Part shown: positions 34,900-44,794 of the stretch, in pieces
How positions within the stretch are numbered: the stretch's first letter is position 1
Layout of the letters: each line of letters begins with the position of its first letter
From: Acidimicrobiia bacterium
GTDB lineage: Bacteria; Actinomycetota; Acidimicrobiia; IMCC26256; PALSA-610
DNA length: 64,000 nt
Direction: 5' to 3'
NCBI GenBank assembly: GCA_038213435.1
Contig: JBBQTI010000010.1
Coordinates: 3,930-67,929 of the forward strand
Notes under the pieces: model-generated
Database searches by the model: none
What the model was told of the DNA's origin: nothing
The model's input: only the letters and a program-made list of their open reading frames with translations
Position numbers and translations under genes: made by a program

Positions 34900-37038
34900 G
34901 TGTCGCAACGGTGGTCGAACCTGCTGGTCTGGGCGGGGACGATCGCGTTCGTCGTCCTGGTCAGCAAGACCGCGTGGGCGGGCCACTCGATCGACGGGAC
35001 GAGCCTGACCAACCTCGTCGTGCTCTCGCTCCCGCTCGCGGGCATCATCGCGATGGCCGCGAGCGGGCTCGTCGTCGTGTACACGACCACCGGGATCTTC
35101 AATTTCGCCCAGGGTGCCATCGGCATGTTCATGGCGTATGTCGACTGGGAGCTCACGGTCCATCACGGCTTGCCGCAACTCCTCGTCCTGCCGCTCGTGG
35201 TGGTTGTGGTCGCGCCGCTGCTGGGGATTGCGCTCGACCGTGCGATCATGCGCCATCTCCAGGGCAAGGCGCTGGTGGTGCAGCTCTCGGTCACGGTCGG
35301 CTTGATGTTCGCGTTCATCGGTCTGGCGAACATGCTCTGGAACCAGAACAACGCGCACTCGATGCCGGCGCTCTTCGCGGGTCACGGGTTCCACATCGGC
35401 CAGGTGTTGCTGACCTGGCACCGGTTCATCACGATCGTCGTCGCAGTCGCGCTCGCGATCGGCCTGCGCATCCTGTTGTTCAGGACGCGTATCGGCATCG
35501 CCATGCGCGCCGTCGTCGACAATCGTGATCTTGCTGCGCTCGGGGGCGCGCGCTCGTCGGTGCTCTCGAGCTTTGCCTGGGCGCTCGGGTGCTCCCTCGC
35601 GGCGCTCGCCGGCATCCTGCTCGCACCGGAAACGGCCGACATGTCGACCACCACGCTCACGTTCTTGATCATCACCGCGTTCGCGGCCGCGGTGGTCGGG
35701 CGCCTGCGCAGTCTGCCGCTGACCTACATCGGGGCGTTGATCCTCGCGCTCGCAACCCAGTGGTCCGGCTCGTTCCTCCGGTTCTCCGAACGTTGGACCA
35801 ACGTGCCCGACGCGCTGCCCACGATCATGCTCTTCGTCGTGCTCCTGCTCTTGCCTCGCGCCGAGATCCAGTTCGCGCGCATCGGCCAGATTCGGCGCGT
35901 GGAGCGGGTGTCGTCGGTGCGCGATACAGCGATCGGGATGCTCGCGCTGCTCATCTTCATCGTGGTCCTGAGCACGTTCTTCCTGTCGAACACGGATACG
36001 ACCAACCTCAGCCGATTCGCGCTCGGGATGTGCACGGCGCTCGTCGCGCTTTCACTCGTGCCCCTCACCGGTTGGGCCGGTCAGGTCTCGCTGGCGCCGC
36101 TCGCGTTCGCGGGGATCGGCGCGGTCGCGTACGCACGGCTCGGCGGCGCGCACGGCAGCATCTGGGCCGTCTTCCTGGCCGCCCTCGTTACGGTGCCGGT
36201 AGGTGCGCTGTTCGCGTTCCCCGCGATGCGGCTGCAAGGTCTCTACCTCGCGCTGGCGACGCTCGCGTTCGCGGCGATGGTCGAGGAGATCTTCTATTCG
36301 CAGCCGTTCGCGATCGGCGCGGGAGAGCGCGCGGTCGAGCCCGTACACCTGCTCGGTATCGACTTCACGTCGAAGCGGGCGTTCCTGATCTTGGTGACAG
36401 TCGTCTTCGGATTATGCGGCATCGGCATTGTGGCGTTGCGGCGCAGCGCGTTCGGAAGACGGCTCGTCGCGCTGCGCGACAGCGAGGCGGCGTCAGTGAC
36501 GGTCGGCGTGAACGTGCTCGAGACCAAGCTCGCGGTGTTCGCGCTGTCGGCCGGGATCGCCGGCTTTGCCGGCGCGTTCTTCGCCATGAACGCGAGGACG
36601 TTGAACGGCCCGACGGGATTCGAGATGATCGCAGGCCTGCCGATCGTGCTCGCGCTCGTCATCGGGGGCGTCGGGTTCGTGGCGGGCGCGTTGTTCGCCG
36701 GCATTTTCGGTCTGTTCCTGATCCTGGTCCAGAGCGACTGGCACATCTCGCTGTGGATCGGACTCACCTACCTCGCGCCGGGCCTCGCCGTCCTCGGCAT
36801 CATCCAGAGCCCGTCCGGCGCGGTCGTGCCGATCGGAGAGGGCTTCGCCCGGCTGCTGCCCTGGCGTCACGACGCGCGGCGCGAATACGAGGAGATGACT
36901 GCAGCGGCCGCCGAACCCGAAGTCGGCGTGCTCGGCCTCGAGCGCCCGTTCGAGGAATCCGACGTGCTGCTCGTCGACCGCGAGCTCGGCATCAGCAACG
37001 ACGTTCCGCGCGCGGTCGCGGCTGCAAGGAGCGGATGA
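34900..37038 (+). CDS. fused LivH-LivM-type ABC permease (two permease domains in one 712-aa protein)
   Basis: GTG 34900 follows GAAGGAGAG. The N-terminal half carries 'GIFNFAQGAIGMFMAY' (LivH-like). The C-terminal half has LivM-like multi-TM segments. Confidence 0.8.
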   Translation: MSQRWSNLLVWAGTIAFVVLVSKTAWAGHSIDGTSLTNLVVLSLPLAGIIAMAASGLVVVYTTTGIFNFAQGAIGMFMAYVDWELTVHHGLPQLLVLPLVVVVVAPLLGIALDRAIMRHLQGKALVVQLSVTVGLMFAFIGLANMLWNQNNAHSMPALFAGHGFHIGQVLLTWHRFITIVVAVALAIGLRILLFRTRIGIAMRAVVDNRDLAALGGARSSVLSSFAWALGCSLAALAGILLAPETADMSTTTLTFLIITAFAAAVVGRLRSLPLTYIGALILALATQWSGSFLRFSERWTNVPDALPTIMLFVVLLLLPRAEIQFARIGQIRRVERVSSVRDTAIGMLALLIFIVVLSTFFLSNTDTTNLSRFALGMCTALVALSLVPLTGWAGQVSLAPLAFAGIGAVAYARLGGAHGSIWAVFLAALVTVPVGALFAFPAMRLQGLYLALATLAFAAMVEEIFYSQPFAIGAGERAVEPVHLLGIDFTSKRAFLILVTVVFGLCGIGIVALRRSAFGRRLVALRDSEAASVTVGVNVLETKLAVFALSAGIAGFAGAFFAMNARTLNGPTGFEMIAGLPIVLALVIGGVGFVAGALFAGIFGLFLILVQSDWHISLWIGLTYLAPGLAVLGIIQSPSGAVVPIGEGFARLLPWRHDARREYEEMTAAAAEPEVGVLGLERPFEESDVLLVDRELGISNDVPRAVAAARSG

Positions 37039-37773
37039 ATGGGGCTGCTCGAGATCGAGGAGGTCTCCGTCCAGTTCGGGGGCCTGCTCGCGGTCGACGA
37101 CGCTTCGCTCTCGGTCCCGGCGGGCCGTGTGACCGGTCTGATCGGGCCCAACGGAGCCGGCAAGACCACGCTCTTCAATGTGATCACCGGCTTGCAGGCG
37201 CCGAGCGGTGGTCGCGTCATGCTCGACGGCGAAGAGGTGACGCGCCGCCGCCCGTATCGGCGGGCGCGCCTCGGGATCGCACGCACGTTCCAACGACTGG
37301 AGGCGTTCGGTAGCCTCACCGCGCGCGAGAACGTGCTCGTCGCGCTCGAGATGCGCCGCCGTTGGGCGACGACGCGCTACGACTGCGGGAAGATCGCCGA
37401 CGAGCTCCTCGAGCGGGTCGGCATCGCGCGCGTTGCCGACACCCGGGTCGAGGCGCTACCGACCGGGAGTGCGCGGCTGGTCGAGCTCGCCCGCGCGCTC
37501 GCCACCGAGCCCAAGGTGTTGCTGCTCGACGAACCGTCGTCGGGTCTCGACGAGCAGGAGACCGACGCGCTCGGCGTGTTGCTGCACGAGCTCACTACGG
37601 GCGGACTTGCCGTGCTCCTCGTCGAGCACGACATGCCGCTCGTGATGGAAGCGTGCAGCTACATCAGCGTGCTCGACTTCGGGCGCGTGATCGCGAGGGG
37701 TACACCGCGCGAGATCCAAGCCGACCCGTCGGTGCAACGGGCCTACCTCGGAACCACAAAGGCCGCGTCGTGA
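37039..37773 (+). CDS. ABC transporter ATP-binding protein (LivG-like)
   Basis: Walker A 'GPNGAGKTT', signature 'LPTGSARLVE' and Walker B 'LLLDEP' are present. Confidence 0.85.
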   Translation: MGLLEIEEVSVQFGGLLAVDDASLSVPAGRVTGLIGPNGAGKTTLFNVITGLQAPSGGRVMLDGEEVTRRRPYRRARLGIARTFQRLEAFGSLTARENVLVALEMRRRWATTRYDCGKIADELLERVGIARVADTRVEALPTGSARLVELARALATEPKVLLLDEPSSGLDEQETDALGVLLHELTTGGLAVLLVEHDMPLVMEACSYISVLDFGRVIARGTPREIQADPSVQRAYLGTTKAAS

Positions 37774-38546
37774 CGTCGGCAGTCGCGGCGAGCCCGGCGC
37801 GCGATGCATCGAGCGCGGTGCCCGTGCTCCAGCTCGCGGCCGTGCGCGCCGGTTACGGGCGGATCGACGTGCTGCACGGCATCGATCTCGAGCTTCGGCC
37901 CGGCGAGGTATTCGCGCTGCTCGGCCCGAACGGCGCAGGTAAGTCGACGACGCTTGCCGTCGCGTCGGGCCAGATCACGCCGAGCTCCGGCGGATTGTTT
38001 CTGTGCGGACGCGATGTCACGGGTGCCTCGCCCGACGCGCTCGCGCGCGCCGGCGTGTGCCTGATCCCGGAAGGGCGAGGGATCTTCCCGAACTTGACCG
38101 TCGCCGAGAACCTGCGCATGGCGACCTACACGGGCGGCGCGTACCGCGACATCCTCGATCGCGCGTTCGCCCGGTTCCCACGCCTGGGCGAGCGCCGCAA
38201 GCAGACCGCGGGGACGCTTTCGGGCGGCGAGCAACAGATGCTCTCGATGGCGCGCGCGCTCGCGACCGAACCGGCCGTGCTGCTCATCGACGAGCTGTCG
38301 ATGGGTTTGGCGCCGATCATCGTGGAAGAGCTGTACGAGCACGTGCGCGCGATCGCGGCCGCGGGCCTGTCGATCCTGATCGTGGAGCAGTTCGCGCACG
38401 AGATCCTCGGGCTCGCCGATCGCGCGGGCATCATGCTGCACGGACGCCTCTTGCACACGGGACCGCCCGCGAGCATCGCAGACGAGCTCTCGGACGCGTA
38501 TCTTGGCGCCGATCATGCGGCCCCGGGGGTCCATTCATCCCAGTGA
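37770..38546 (+). CDS. ABC transporter ATP-binding protein (LivF-like)
   Basis: A GTGA overlap joins it to the upstream gene. 'GPNGAGKST', 'LSGGEQQML' and 'LLIDELS' are present. Confidence 0.85.
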   Translation: MTSAVAASPARDASSAVPVLQLAAVRAGYGRIDVLHGIDLELRPGEVFALLGPNGAGKSTTLAVASGQITPSSGGLFLCGRDVTGASPDALARAGVCLIPEGRGIFPNLTVAENLRMATYTGGAYRDILDRAFARFPRLGERRKQTAGTLSGGEQQMLSMARALATEPAVLLIDELSMGLAPIIVEELYEHVRAIAAAGLSILIVEQFAHEILGLADRAGIMLHGRLLHTGPPASIADELSDAYLGADHAAPGVHSSQ

Positions 38547-38559
38547 GGAGTTCCGAGTG

Positions 38560-38943
38560 ATGAACGACGAGAACACCGGTGCGGGCGGCACGCTGTCGTC
38601 GTCGCGCCTGGCCCAGTTCGAGGCCGAAGTCGCCAAGCTGAAGGTGACGGGCGGTGGCGCCAATCCCGAGCGGTTGGGCTCACGCTGGGGTATCGGCCTG
38701 ACCATCTTCGGGTTCGTCGTGTCCGTCATTTCCTGGTGGAGCGCGCTCGACGGCAAGGACGCCCTCAGCGTTCTGCGCGCCGAGACCTTCGCGTTCATCG
38801 GTGTCGGCATCGCAGTCGTCGGCATCGTGATCTGGGCCCGCAATTCGCTGACGCGCTACCTGCGGTACTGGATAATCCGGCTCGTGTACGAGCAGCGCGA
38901 ACAAACCGAGCAGCTCATCCAGGCCCAGCGCGACAACAAATAG
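38560..38943 (+). CDS. small membrane protein, unknown function
   Basis: RBS GAGGAG is present. It has two TM helices ('WGIGLTIFGFVVSVISWW', 'FAFIGVGIAVVGIVIWA'). Confidence 0.5.
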   Translation: MNDENTGAGGTLSSSRLAQFEAEVAKLKVTGGGANPERLGSRWGIGLTIFGFVVSVISWWSALDGKDALSVLRAETFAFIGVGIAVVGIVIWARNSLTRYLRYWIIRLVYEQREQTEQLIQAQRDNK

Positions 38944-38955
38944 CGCGCCGAACGC

Positions 38956-40671
38956 TCAGCGGATCGGCACCGTCAAGACACCAGCTGTGTCGATCAAGCG
39001 GCCGTCGATCACCTGGAGCACCTGAACCAGCATCTGATACTTCCCGGCGGTGGGAATCGTGGCGCCGTTCGTCAGGAAGTGATTCGCACCGGCGCGCGCG
39101 AGGTTCGCGGGAACCGATGTCGAGCGGTCGGCACTCACGAGCTTGGCCGAGATTTCGCGGACACTGAGGTCCTCGCCCTTCGGCGTGAGCGTGTACACGT
39201 GAATGGTGTTCAGCCCGACGCGAGCGGGATCTATCGTCACGTTGATCGTCATCGCGCTCTCGCCCGTGCCTGTGCTCACGCTGCCGGAGTACAGCTTCGG
39301 CGCGACCGCGCTACGCGCGGGTTGGGCGTTCACGAGCATCGCGGTCGCCGCGAGCACGGCGATGCCGAACAGGACCTCTCCCGCGACCGTGCGGCGCAGA
39401 CCGGCGACCGTCCGTTCGTCGATATCGGCGATCGCGCGGTCGGGCGCGTCGAGCGGTGCCGACCGGTGCCTGCGTACGATCGACCGGCTGACCGCCGCGA
39501 GGGCCACGAGCCCGACGATGACGCCGAGCTTGATCAGGAGGAGGTGGCCGTAGCTCGTGCTCGTATAGCCGCGAGTCGTGAACCCGACCTCGCGCCACGA
39601 CGCGAACGCGCCGGTCGCAACGAGAACGACGACGCACCAGAACGCGACGCGTGAGAAGGTCGTCAACGCGCGCCGGAGCCCGCCGCTGAAACCTCCGCCG
39701 AAGGCGGCGAGGAGGAGCACGACCAACCCGCCGAGCCAGACGCTCATCGCGAGCACGTGGATGGTGTCGAGCGGCACCGCGAAGATCGTGAAGTCGCCGG
39801 TGGCCGCGTGTCCCGCATACCCGGCCGTGCCCGCCAGGCCTATCGCGACGATCGCGGCTGTGATCTTCCATGAGATCGCGGCCCGACGATGGCCGTCGAC
39901 TGGCGTGCGGAGTGCCAGGAGCGCCAACGCGCCGACGAGGAGGAGCGACCGGACCTCGGTCACGTGACCGAAGCGCGTTTGCAACACGTCGTGGACGACC
40001 GACCACTTGAAGGCGTCGCCGATGCCGGAGCCTGCCGCGTACGGCCCTTGCAGCATCACCGCCGCTACCGTCGAAATCGCGAGGACGATCCAGCCGATCC
40101 ACATCGCGCGGCCGGTCGACCGCGCCGCGCTCGAACCGCGTGTCAGGTACAGGAGGAATACCGCACCGCCGATCAGGAGCGCGAGTCCGGCGAAAACGCC
40201 GGCCCGGGCGACACCGAACAGGGCTCCGACGGTCACGCTGCTCTTGGGGTTCGTCTCGGCCGCGCAGCCCTTCGCGCTCGGCGGAGGCCCGGGCCCGATG
40301 CGAAGGGCGTAGGTGCCGCCGACAGGATGTGCGTCGGCCGAGATGACGTGCCACACGACGAGGTAGATGCCGGGCGCCAGCTTCGGAATCGACGCCAGGA
40401 CCGTGTGATCGCTCGCCGCCGCGTGACGCGCCGTGCCCGTCGTTACGCGCTGACCGGCACAGGTGTACACGCGCACCGCGCCGAACGAGATCTCGACGTT
40501 CTCGCTGAACGTCAGGGAAAGGTCCGGCGGAGAGTCGGCCGCGACACCGTCCTTGGGTGGATCCGTACTGTTCAAGACGGCGTGGGCCCACGCCGGGGCG
40601 GCGATCGCGACCAGGATGATTCCCGCGAGCGCCGGCACGACGCAGAGCCGAGCCGAGCGCCCTGCTCTCAT
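38956..40671 (-). CDS. CopC-CopD fusion copper resistance/uptake protein (YcnJ-like) with C-terminal extracytoplasmic domain
   Basis: The signal peptide is followed by a mature 'HAVLNSTDP' CopC domain ('VVWHVISADAHPVGG'), then a multi-TM CopD domain and a C-terminal beta-rich domain. Confidence 0.8.
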   Translation of the reverse strand: MRAGRSARLCVVPALAGIILVAIAAPAWAHAVLNSTDPPKDGVAADSPPDLSLTFSENVEISFGAVRVYTCAGQRVTTGTARHAAASDHTVLASIPKLAPGIYLVVWHVISADAHPVGGTYALRIGPGPPPSAKGCAAETNPKSSVTVGALFGVARAGVFAGLALLIGGAVFLLYLTRGSSAARSTGRAMWIGWIVLAISTVAAVMLQGPYAAGSGIGDAFKWSVVHDVLQTRFGHVTEVRSLLLVGALALLALRTPVDGHRRAAISWKITAAIVAIGLAGTAGYAGHAATGDFTIFAVPLDTIHVLAMSVWLGGLVVLLLAAFGGGFSGGLRRALTTFSRVAFWCVVVLVATGAFASWREVGFTTRGYTSTSYGHLLLIKLGVIVGLVALAAVSRSIVRRHRSAPLDAPDRAIADIDERTVAGLRRTVAGEVLFGIAVLAATAMLVNAQPARSAVAPKLYSGSVSTGTGESAMTINVTIDPARVGLNTIHVYTLTPKGEDLSVREISAKLVSADRSTSVPANLARAGANHFLTNGATIPTAGKYQMLVQVLQVIDGRLIDTAGVLTVPIR

Positions 40672-40755
40672 GTGCGGGTCACACTACGACGCGTGTGCGC
40701 GTGTCCCCGTGCGGGCCGATCTCGACGCGCACAGCGCGCGCCGTAACGTGCTCCC

Positions 40756-42261
40756 GTGCGCCGATCGGTCGCGATCCGATTCGTCGCGGTAGCCGCCGCG
40801 GCGATCGTGCTCGTCGGGCTGACGGCTGCGCCCGTGTCGGCGCACACCATCTCCGGGCCCCGGCCGACCAACTACCGCAGCCGGGTCGTCGCGATCGCGC
40901 CGGCGGTCCCCGGTATCAGCGCGCGCATCGTCGACCTCGGAAGCAGGATCGAGGTCACCAACCGGAGCTCGACCGAGGTCACCATCCTCGGGTACGAAGG
41001 CGAGCCGTATCTCCGCATCGGGGCGAGCGGCGTCTTCGAGAACCTGCATTCTCAGGCGACCTATGTCAATCGAACGCGTCTGGGTGGAACCGTTCCGGCG
41101 GACATCGACACCAAGCCCACCGCCGCCCCGCAGTGGAAGAAGATCTCGGACAGTCACACTGCGCGTTGGCACGACCACAACATTCACTGGATGAGTCCGA
41201 AGCCGCCGCCCCTCGTCGCGCAGTCGCCCGGGAGCTTCCATCATCTCTCGCAACGCAACATCGTCCTCCGCCGCAACGGGGAACGCGTCGCCATCGCCGT
41301 CTCGCTCGACTGGGTCCCAGGGCCGAGTGGTCTCCCGTGGATCCCGCCGCTGGTCGCCCTGTTCGCCGCCGGTGTGCTCGGCGCCGCGTTGGCGAGGTGG
41401 TCGCGTGCGCTGGCGGCGCTCCTTTGTCTGCTCGTGCTCTCGGACGTTGCCCACGCGATCGGATTCGAGATCCCCCGACCCGGTGGCAATCTGACGAAGC
41501 TGGTGCAGTTCCTCGGCGGCAGCTTCGTGTCGATTGCCGTATGGATCGCGGCCGCGACGACGGTGATCGCGGTGCTGCGCCGCCGGGCGGATGCGCTTTA
41601 CGGTGTGATCTTCGTCGCGCTGCTGGTCGCGTTGATCGGTGGCGCAACCGATCTCTCGGCGCTGTGGAAATCGCAGCTCCCCGATGCGGGCCCGGCGTGG
41701 CTCATGCGCGTCGAGGTCGTCGTCGCGCTCGGCCTCGGCGCCGGTCTCGTCGTGGGCGCGCTCGCGCGCATCCTTCGGAGCCGTACCTTCGCGGCCGACG
41801 ACTGCGGAGGACAGTGGCTGTCGCTGCTCGTCTCGGGTCTCTCCGACGCCGAGCTCGCCCGGATCGTGCGGGAGCTCGACGTCGACGAGGTGCTCGAGGT
41901 CGCGCTCCCGGAGCTCGCGACCCGAGCCGGGCCCGTCGCCGATGCCTTCGCAACCGGCTCCATGGCGTTCGTTGTCACGGACCAGGACGTTCCGGTCACG
42001 TGGTCTGTCGCGCGCTCCGACGGTGCGACCGCCGGCCTCCGAGCGGCGCGCGGCCGCGTGGAGCCGACTGCGGCCGAGATACGCGCCCCGTTCGCGGTGG
42101 CGTTGCAGCTGCTCGCGGGGACGCTTCTCGTCGACGATGCCGTTGCCCGCTCGCTCATCACGACCACTGGCGACGCCGCGTTCGTCACGCGGTTGGCGCC
42201 CTATCTTCCCGAGACGGCGACGGTCACTCGGGTGGTCGAGGATCCGGCGTCCGCTTCTTGA
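40756..42261 (+). CDS. uncharacterised exported, His-rich, 5-TM protein with cytoplasmic SCP2-like tail
   Basis: The signal peptide is '...APVSA|HTISG'. The ~190-aa exodomain contains 'HTARWHDHNIHWM' and 'FHH'. About five TM helices follow. The C-terminal ~160 aa resemble an SCP2/sterol-carrier-like fold, which is an inference. Confidence 0.6.
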   Translation: MRRSVAIRFVAVAAAAIVLVGLTAAPVSAHTISGPRPTNYRSRVVAIAPAVPGISARIVDLGSRIEVTNRSSTEVTILGYEGEPYLRIGASGVFENLHSQATYVNRTRLGGTVPADIDTKPTAAPQWKKISDSHTARWHDHNIHWMSPKPPPLVAQSPGSFHHLSQRNIVLRRNGERVAIAVSLDWVPGPSGLPWIPPLVALFAAGVLGAALARWSRALAALLCLLVLSDVAHAIGFEIPRPGGNLTKLVQFLGGSFVSIAVWIAAATTVIAVLRRRADALYGVIFVALLVALIGGATDLSALWKSQLPDAGPAWLMRVEVVVALGLGAGLVVGALARILRSRTFAADDCGGQWLSLLVSGLSDAELARIVRELDVDEVLEVALPELATRAGPVADAFATGSMAFVVTDQDVPVTWSVARSDGATAGLRAARGRVEPTAAEIRAPFAVALQLLAGTLLVDDAVARSLITTTGDAAFVTRLAPYLPETATVTRVVEDPASAS

Positions 42262-42910
42262 ACCGCTCGAGTCGCGCGCGCAACTCGGCCTCGCGTTCGA
42301 CCTCGCGTTCTTCGCCGTTCTCGTCGTTTTCATTGTCCCCGCGTCGACGCCATGCCCGGAACCCGAGGACCCCACCCAGCACGACGCCGATACCGACGAG
42401 TGCGACACTCGCAAGAACCATCGACGAAAGCCCGTTCGACCCGGCTGACGGCGGCTTCACGCCCGCGTAGACGATCTGTCCCAGGACCCGGTCGGTGGCA
42501 TTGCTCGGGTCGGGAGTCGCGCGGGCGACGACCTTGCCGTCGGCCGCTCTCTGCACGACGGAGACGCCGAACGCCCCGCGGGTGGACGCGGTGACGCCGA
42601 GCGAGAAGTACTCGCACATGAACCTCGCGATCGGGCCGCCCCGATAGCGCGCGCTCGATCCGTTGTGTGTCGCCGTCCAACCGGCCTTGGCGTCGACGCG
42701 GTCGAGCTGGAGCCCGGCAGGAACGCTGATCTCGACGTCGGGAACGTCCATGGCTTCGACGGTCACCCCGACGGCGATCGTCGACGGTTGCCCGACGTTG
42801 ACCTCCACCGGCCGGGGGCAGATGTGCGCCGACGCGGGTGCGACGGTGAGCCCGAGAACGGCTGCCGTGGCAACGCTCGTAACCAGCGCGAGAGCGGCCG
42901 ACCGACGCAC
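42224..42910 (-). CDS. YcnI / DUF1775 family copper-binding protein with C-terminal TM anchor
   Basis: The start is GTG 42910. The signal peptide is '...APASA|HICPRPVEV..'. It has a beta-sandwich pattern, a TM helix and a charged tail. Confidence 0.7.
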   Translation of the reverse strand: MRRSAALALVTSVATAAVLGLTVAPASAHICPRPVEVNVGQPSTIAVGVTVEAMDVPDVEISVPAGLQLDRVDAKAGWTATHNGSSARYRGGPIARFMCEYFSLGVTASTRGAFGVSVVQRAADGKVVARATPDPSNATDRVLGQIVYAGVKPPSAGSNGLSSMVLASVALVGIGVVLGGVLGFRAWRRRGDNENDENGEEREVEREAELRARLERFKKRTPDPRPPE

Positions 42911-42982
42911 GGGGCCGCACGCTATCGCCGGGCCCTGCCGTCCCGACCGGCGTCGCGGGAAGCGAATCGGTACGCTCGGGTC

Positions 42983-43564
42983 GTGCGCATCCGCTTGCTC
43001 GTGCCTTTTTCCGTCGCAATCGCCCTTGCCCTCGCAGCCTGCGGCGGGAGCTCTAAACCCTCCTCGTCCTCCTCCTCGAGCGCCACGACGCCTCCGGGCC
43101 CGACGACGACCGGGCACATCGCGCGGGTGGCGTCGAGCAGGCCGTCGGTATCGGCGAAGATGGTCTGCGAGACCGAGGCGCAAACGGACATCTACGACAG
43201 CGCGACCGGTGTGAAGACGGTGTCGCTCTCGACGCCGACCTGGACCGACCACGTGTACTCGTGCGACTACGTCTACCCCGGCGGCGCGCGGATGCGCCTC
43301 TCGGTCAAAGAGGTGTCGAACGAGGCGGAGACCACCGCCTACTACGACTCGCTCGCGACCAAGCTGCACAAGACGAATGCCAAGATCTCCGTCCCGGGTG
43401 CATTCCAGGTACAGGACGGATCGGTCGTCGTGCGCAAGGACTTCAAGATCCTGCTCGTCGACGTGACGAAGCTCCCGGCCCAGTTCGGTGTTCCGTCGGC
43501 TTCGCGCGGCGACGTGGCCATCAATGTCGCCGTGACGATCATGGGATGCTGGGTCGGCGCGTGA
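42983..43564 (+). CDS. lipoprotein, unknown function
   Basis: The start is GTG 42983. The lipobox is 'LALAAC', followed by a poly-Ser linker. Confidence 0.55.
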   Translation: MRIRLLVPFSVAIALALAACGGSSKPSSSSSSSATTPPGPTTTGHIARVASSRPSVSAKMVCETEAQTDIYDSATGVKTVSLSTPTWTDHVYSCDYVYPGGARMRLSVKEVSNEAETTAYYDSLATKLHKTNAKISVPGAFQVQDGSVVVRKDFKILLVDVTKLPAQFGVPSASRGDVAINVAVTIMGCWVGA

Positions 43565-43594
43565 TCCCCGCCCCGGTCTGATCCGCCGATCCGT

Positions 43595-44794
43595 TCAGCG
43601 CGGGACCTCTCGCCAGGCGACGCCCTTGTCGGGTCGCGGCTCCCCGGGTAACCCGAGGACGCGTTCGCCGATGATGTTCTTCATCACTTCGTCCGAGCCG
43701 CCTGCGATGTGACCGGCGGGCGCGCTGAGCATGGTCTGCGCGAGCCGCGTGTTCCCGGCCATCGCGTCGGCGCCCGCGAGCGAAACCGTGAGGTCACCGA
43801 GCTGGGTCATGATCCGACCGCCCAGCAGCTTGCCGATCGATCCCTCGGGCCCCGGCACCTTGCCCTTCGTCGCGGCCGTGAGCGTGCGCATCGACAGGAA
43901 TTTCTGGATGCGCGTCTTGGTGTAGAGGTCGGCGAGTTGCTGACGCACACGCGGATCGCCGTTGACACCTCGTTGTTGCGCGAGCGAGATGACCTGATGC
44001 ACCGTGCCGCGACCTGCGCCCCCGCCGCCGGAGCCGATGGCGACCCGCTCGTTCATCAGTGTGGTGATCGCAACCCCCCAGCCCTCGTTGACGTCGCCGA
44101 GAACCTGATCGTTGGGCACGCGCACGTCGTCGAAGAACACCTCGTTGAAACCTGCACCGCCGTTCATCTGCTTGAGCGGCTTGATCGTGACACCGCGCGC
44201 CCTCATGTCGACGATGAACGCGGTGATGCCTTTGTGCTTCTCCGCTTCCGGATTCGTGCGGCAGATGATCTCGCCGAAGTCGGAGTACTGCGCGCCCGAG
44301 GTCCACACCTTCTGACCGTTGATCAGCCATTCGTCTCCGTCGCGCGTGGCCGTCGTCGCCAGGGACGCGACGTCGGAGCCGGCGCCGGGTTCGCTGAAGA
44401 GCTGCGACCAGATCTCCTCGCCTCGCAACAGCTTTGTCAGGTAGCGCTCCTGTTGCGCGGGGGTACCAGCTGCGCGCAGGGTCGGGGCGATCATGCCGAG
44501 CCCGATGATGAAGGCCTCGGTGGGGAGCCGGAAACGCGCCTCTTCCTGACCGAAGATGATCTGCTGCAGCGACGTGCCGCTGCGTCCGCCGTATTCGGGC
44601 TCCCACGTGATGCGCGCGAGCCCCGCGTCGAACTTCATGGCCTGCCACCGCTTCGCGCGTTCGAGGTAGTCGCCAGGGCCGATCTCGAGCTCGTGCTCGG
44701 GCGTCTCACCAGTGACCTTCGGCGCGTGCTCCTCCAGCCAGGCGCGGAACTCGTCGCGCCACGCGATCTCTTCGGCGGTGTCGTTGAAATCCAT
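43595..44794 (-). CDS. acyl-CoA dehydrogenase
   Basis: 'LFSEPGAGSDVASL', 'GQKVWTSGA' and 'IAGGSDEVMKNIIGERVLGLP' are present. The start is ATG 44794. Confidence 0.85.
   Translation of the reverse strand: MDFNDTAEEIAWRDEFRAWLEEHAPKVTGETPEHELEIGPGDYLERAKRWQAMKFDAGLARITWEPEYGGRSGTSLQQIIFGQEEARFRLPTEAFIIGLGMIAPTLRAAGTPAQQERYLTKLLRGEEIWSQLFSEPGAGSDVASLATTATRDGDEWLINGQKVWTSGAQYSDFGEIICRTNPEAEKHKGITAFIVDMRARGVTIKPLKQMNGGAGFNEVFFDDVRVPNDQVLGDVNEGWGVAITTLMNERVAIGSGGGGAGRGTVHQVISLAQQRGVNGDPRVRQQLADLYTKTRIQKFLSMRTLTAATKGKVPGPEGSIGKLLGGRIMTQLGDLTVSLAGADAMAGNTRLAQTMLSAPAGHIAGGSDEVMKNIIGERVLGLPGEPRPDKGVAWREVPR

Noticed and set aside
32658-35156. An 832-aa minus-strand ORF across the Rieske gene start, the substrate-binding protein and the permease start.
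   Set aside because: It is a shadow ORF that crosses a divergent promoter region and has low-complexity Arg/Pro/Asp composition.
40684-42470. Two ORFs of roughly 580-590 aa, on both strands, overlapping the 501-aa copper-cluster gene.
   Set aside because: Both are Arg-rich frames of the same DNA. Only frame 40756..42261 gives a signal peptide, TM helices and balanced composition.
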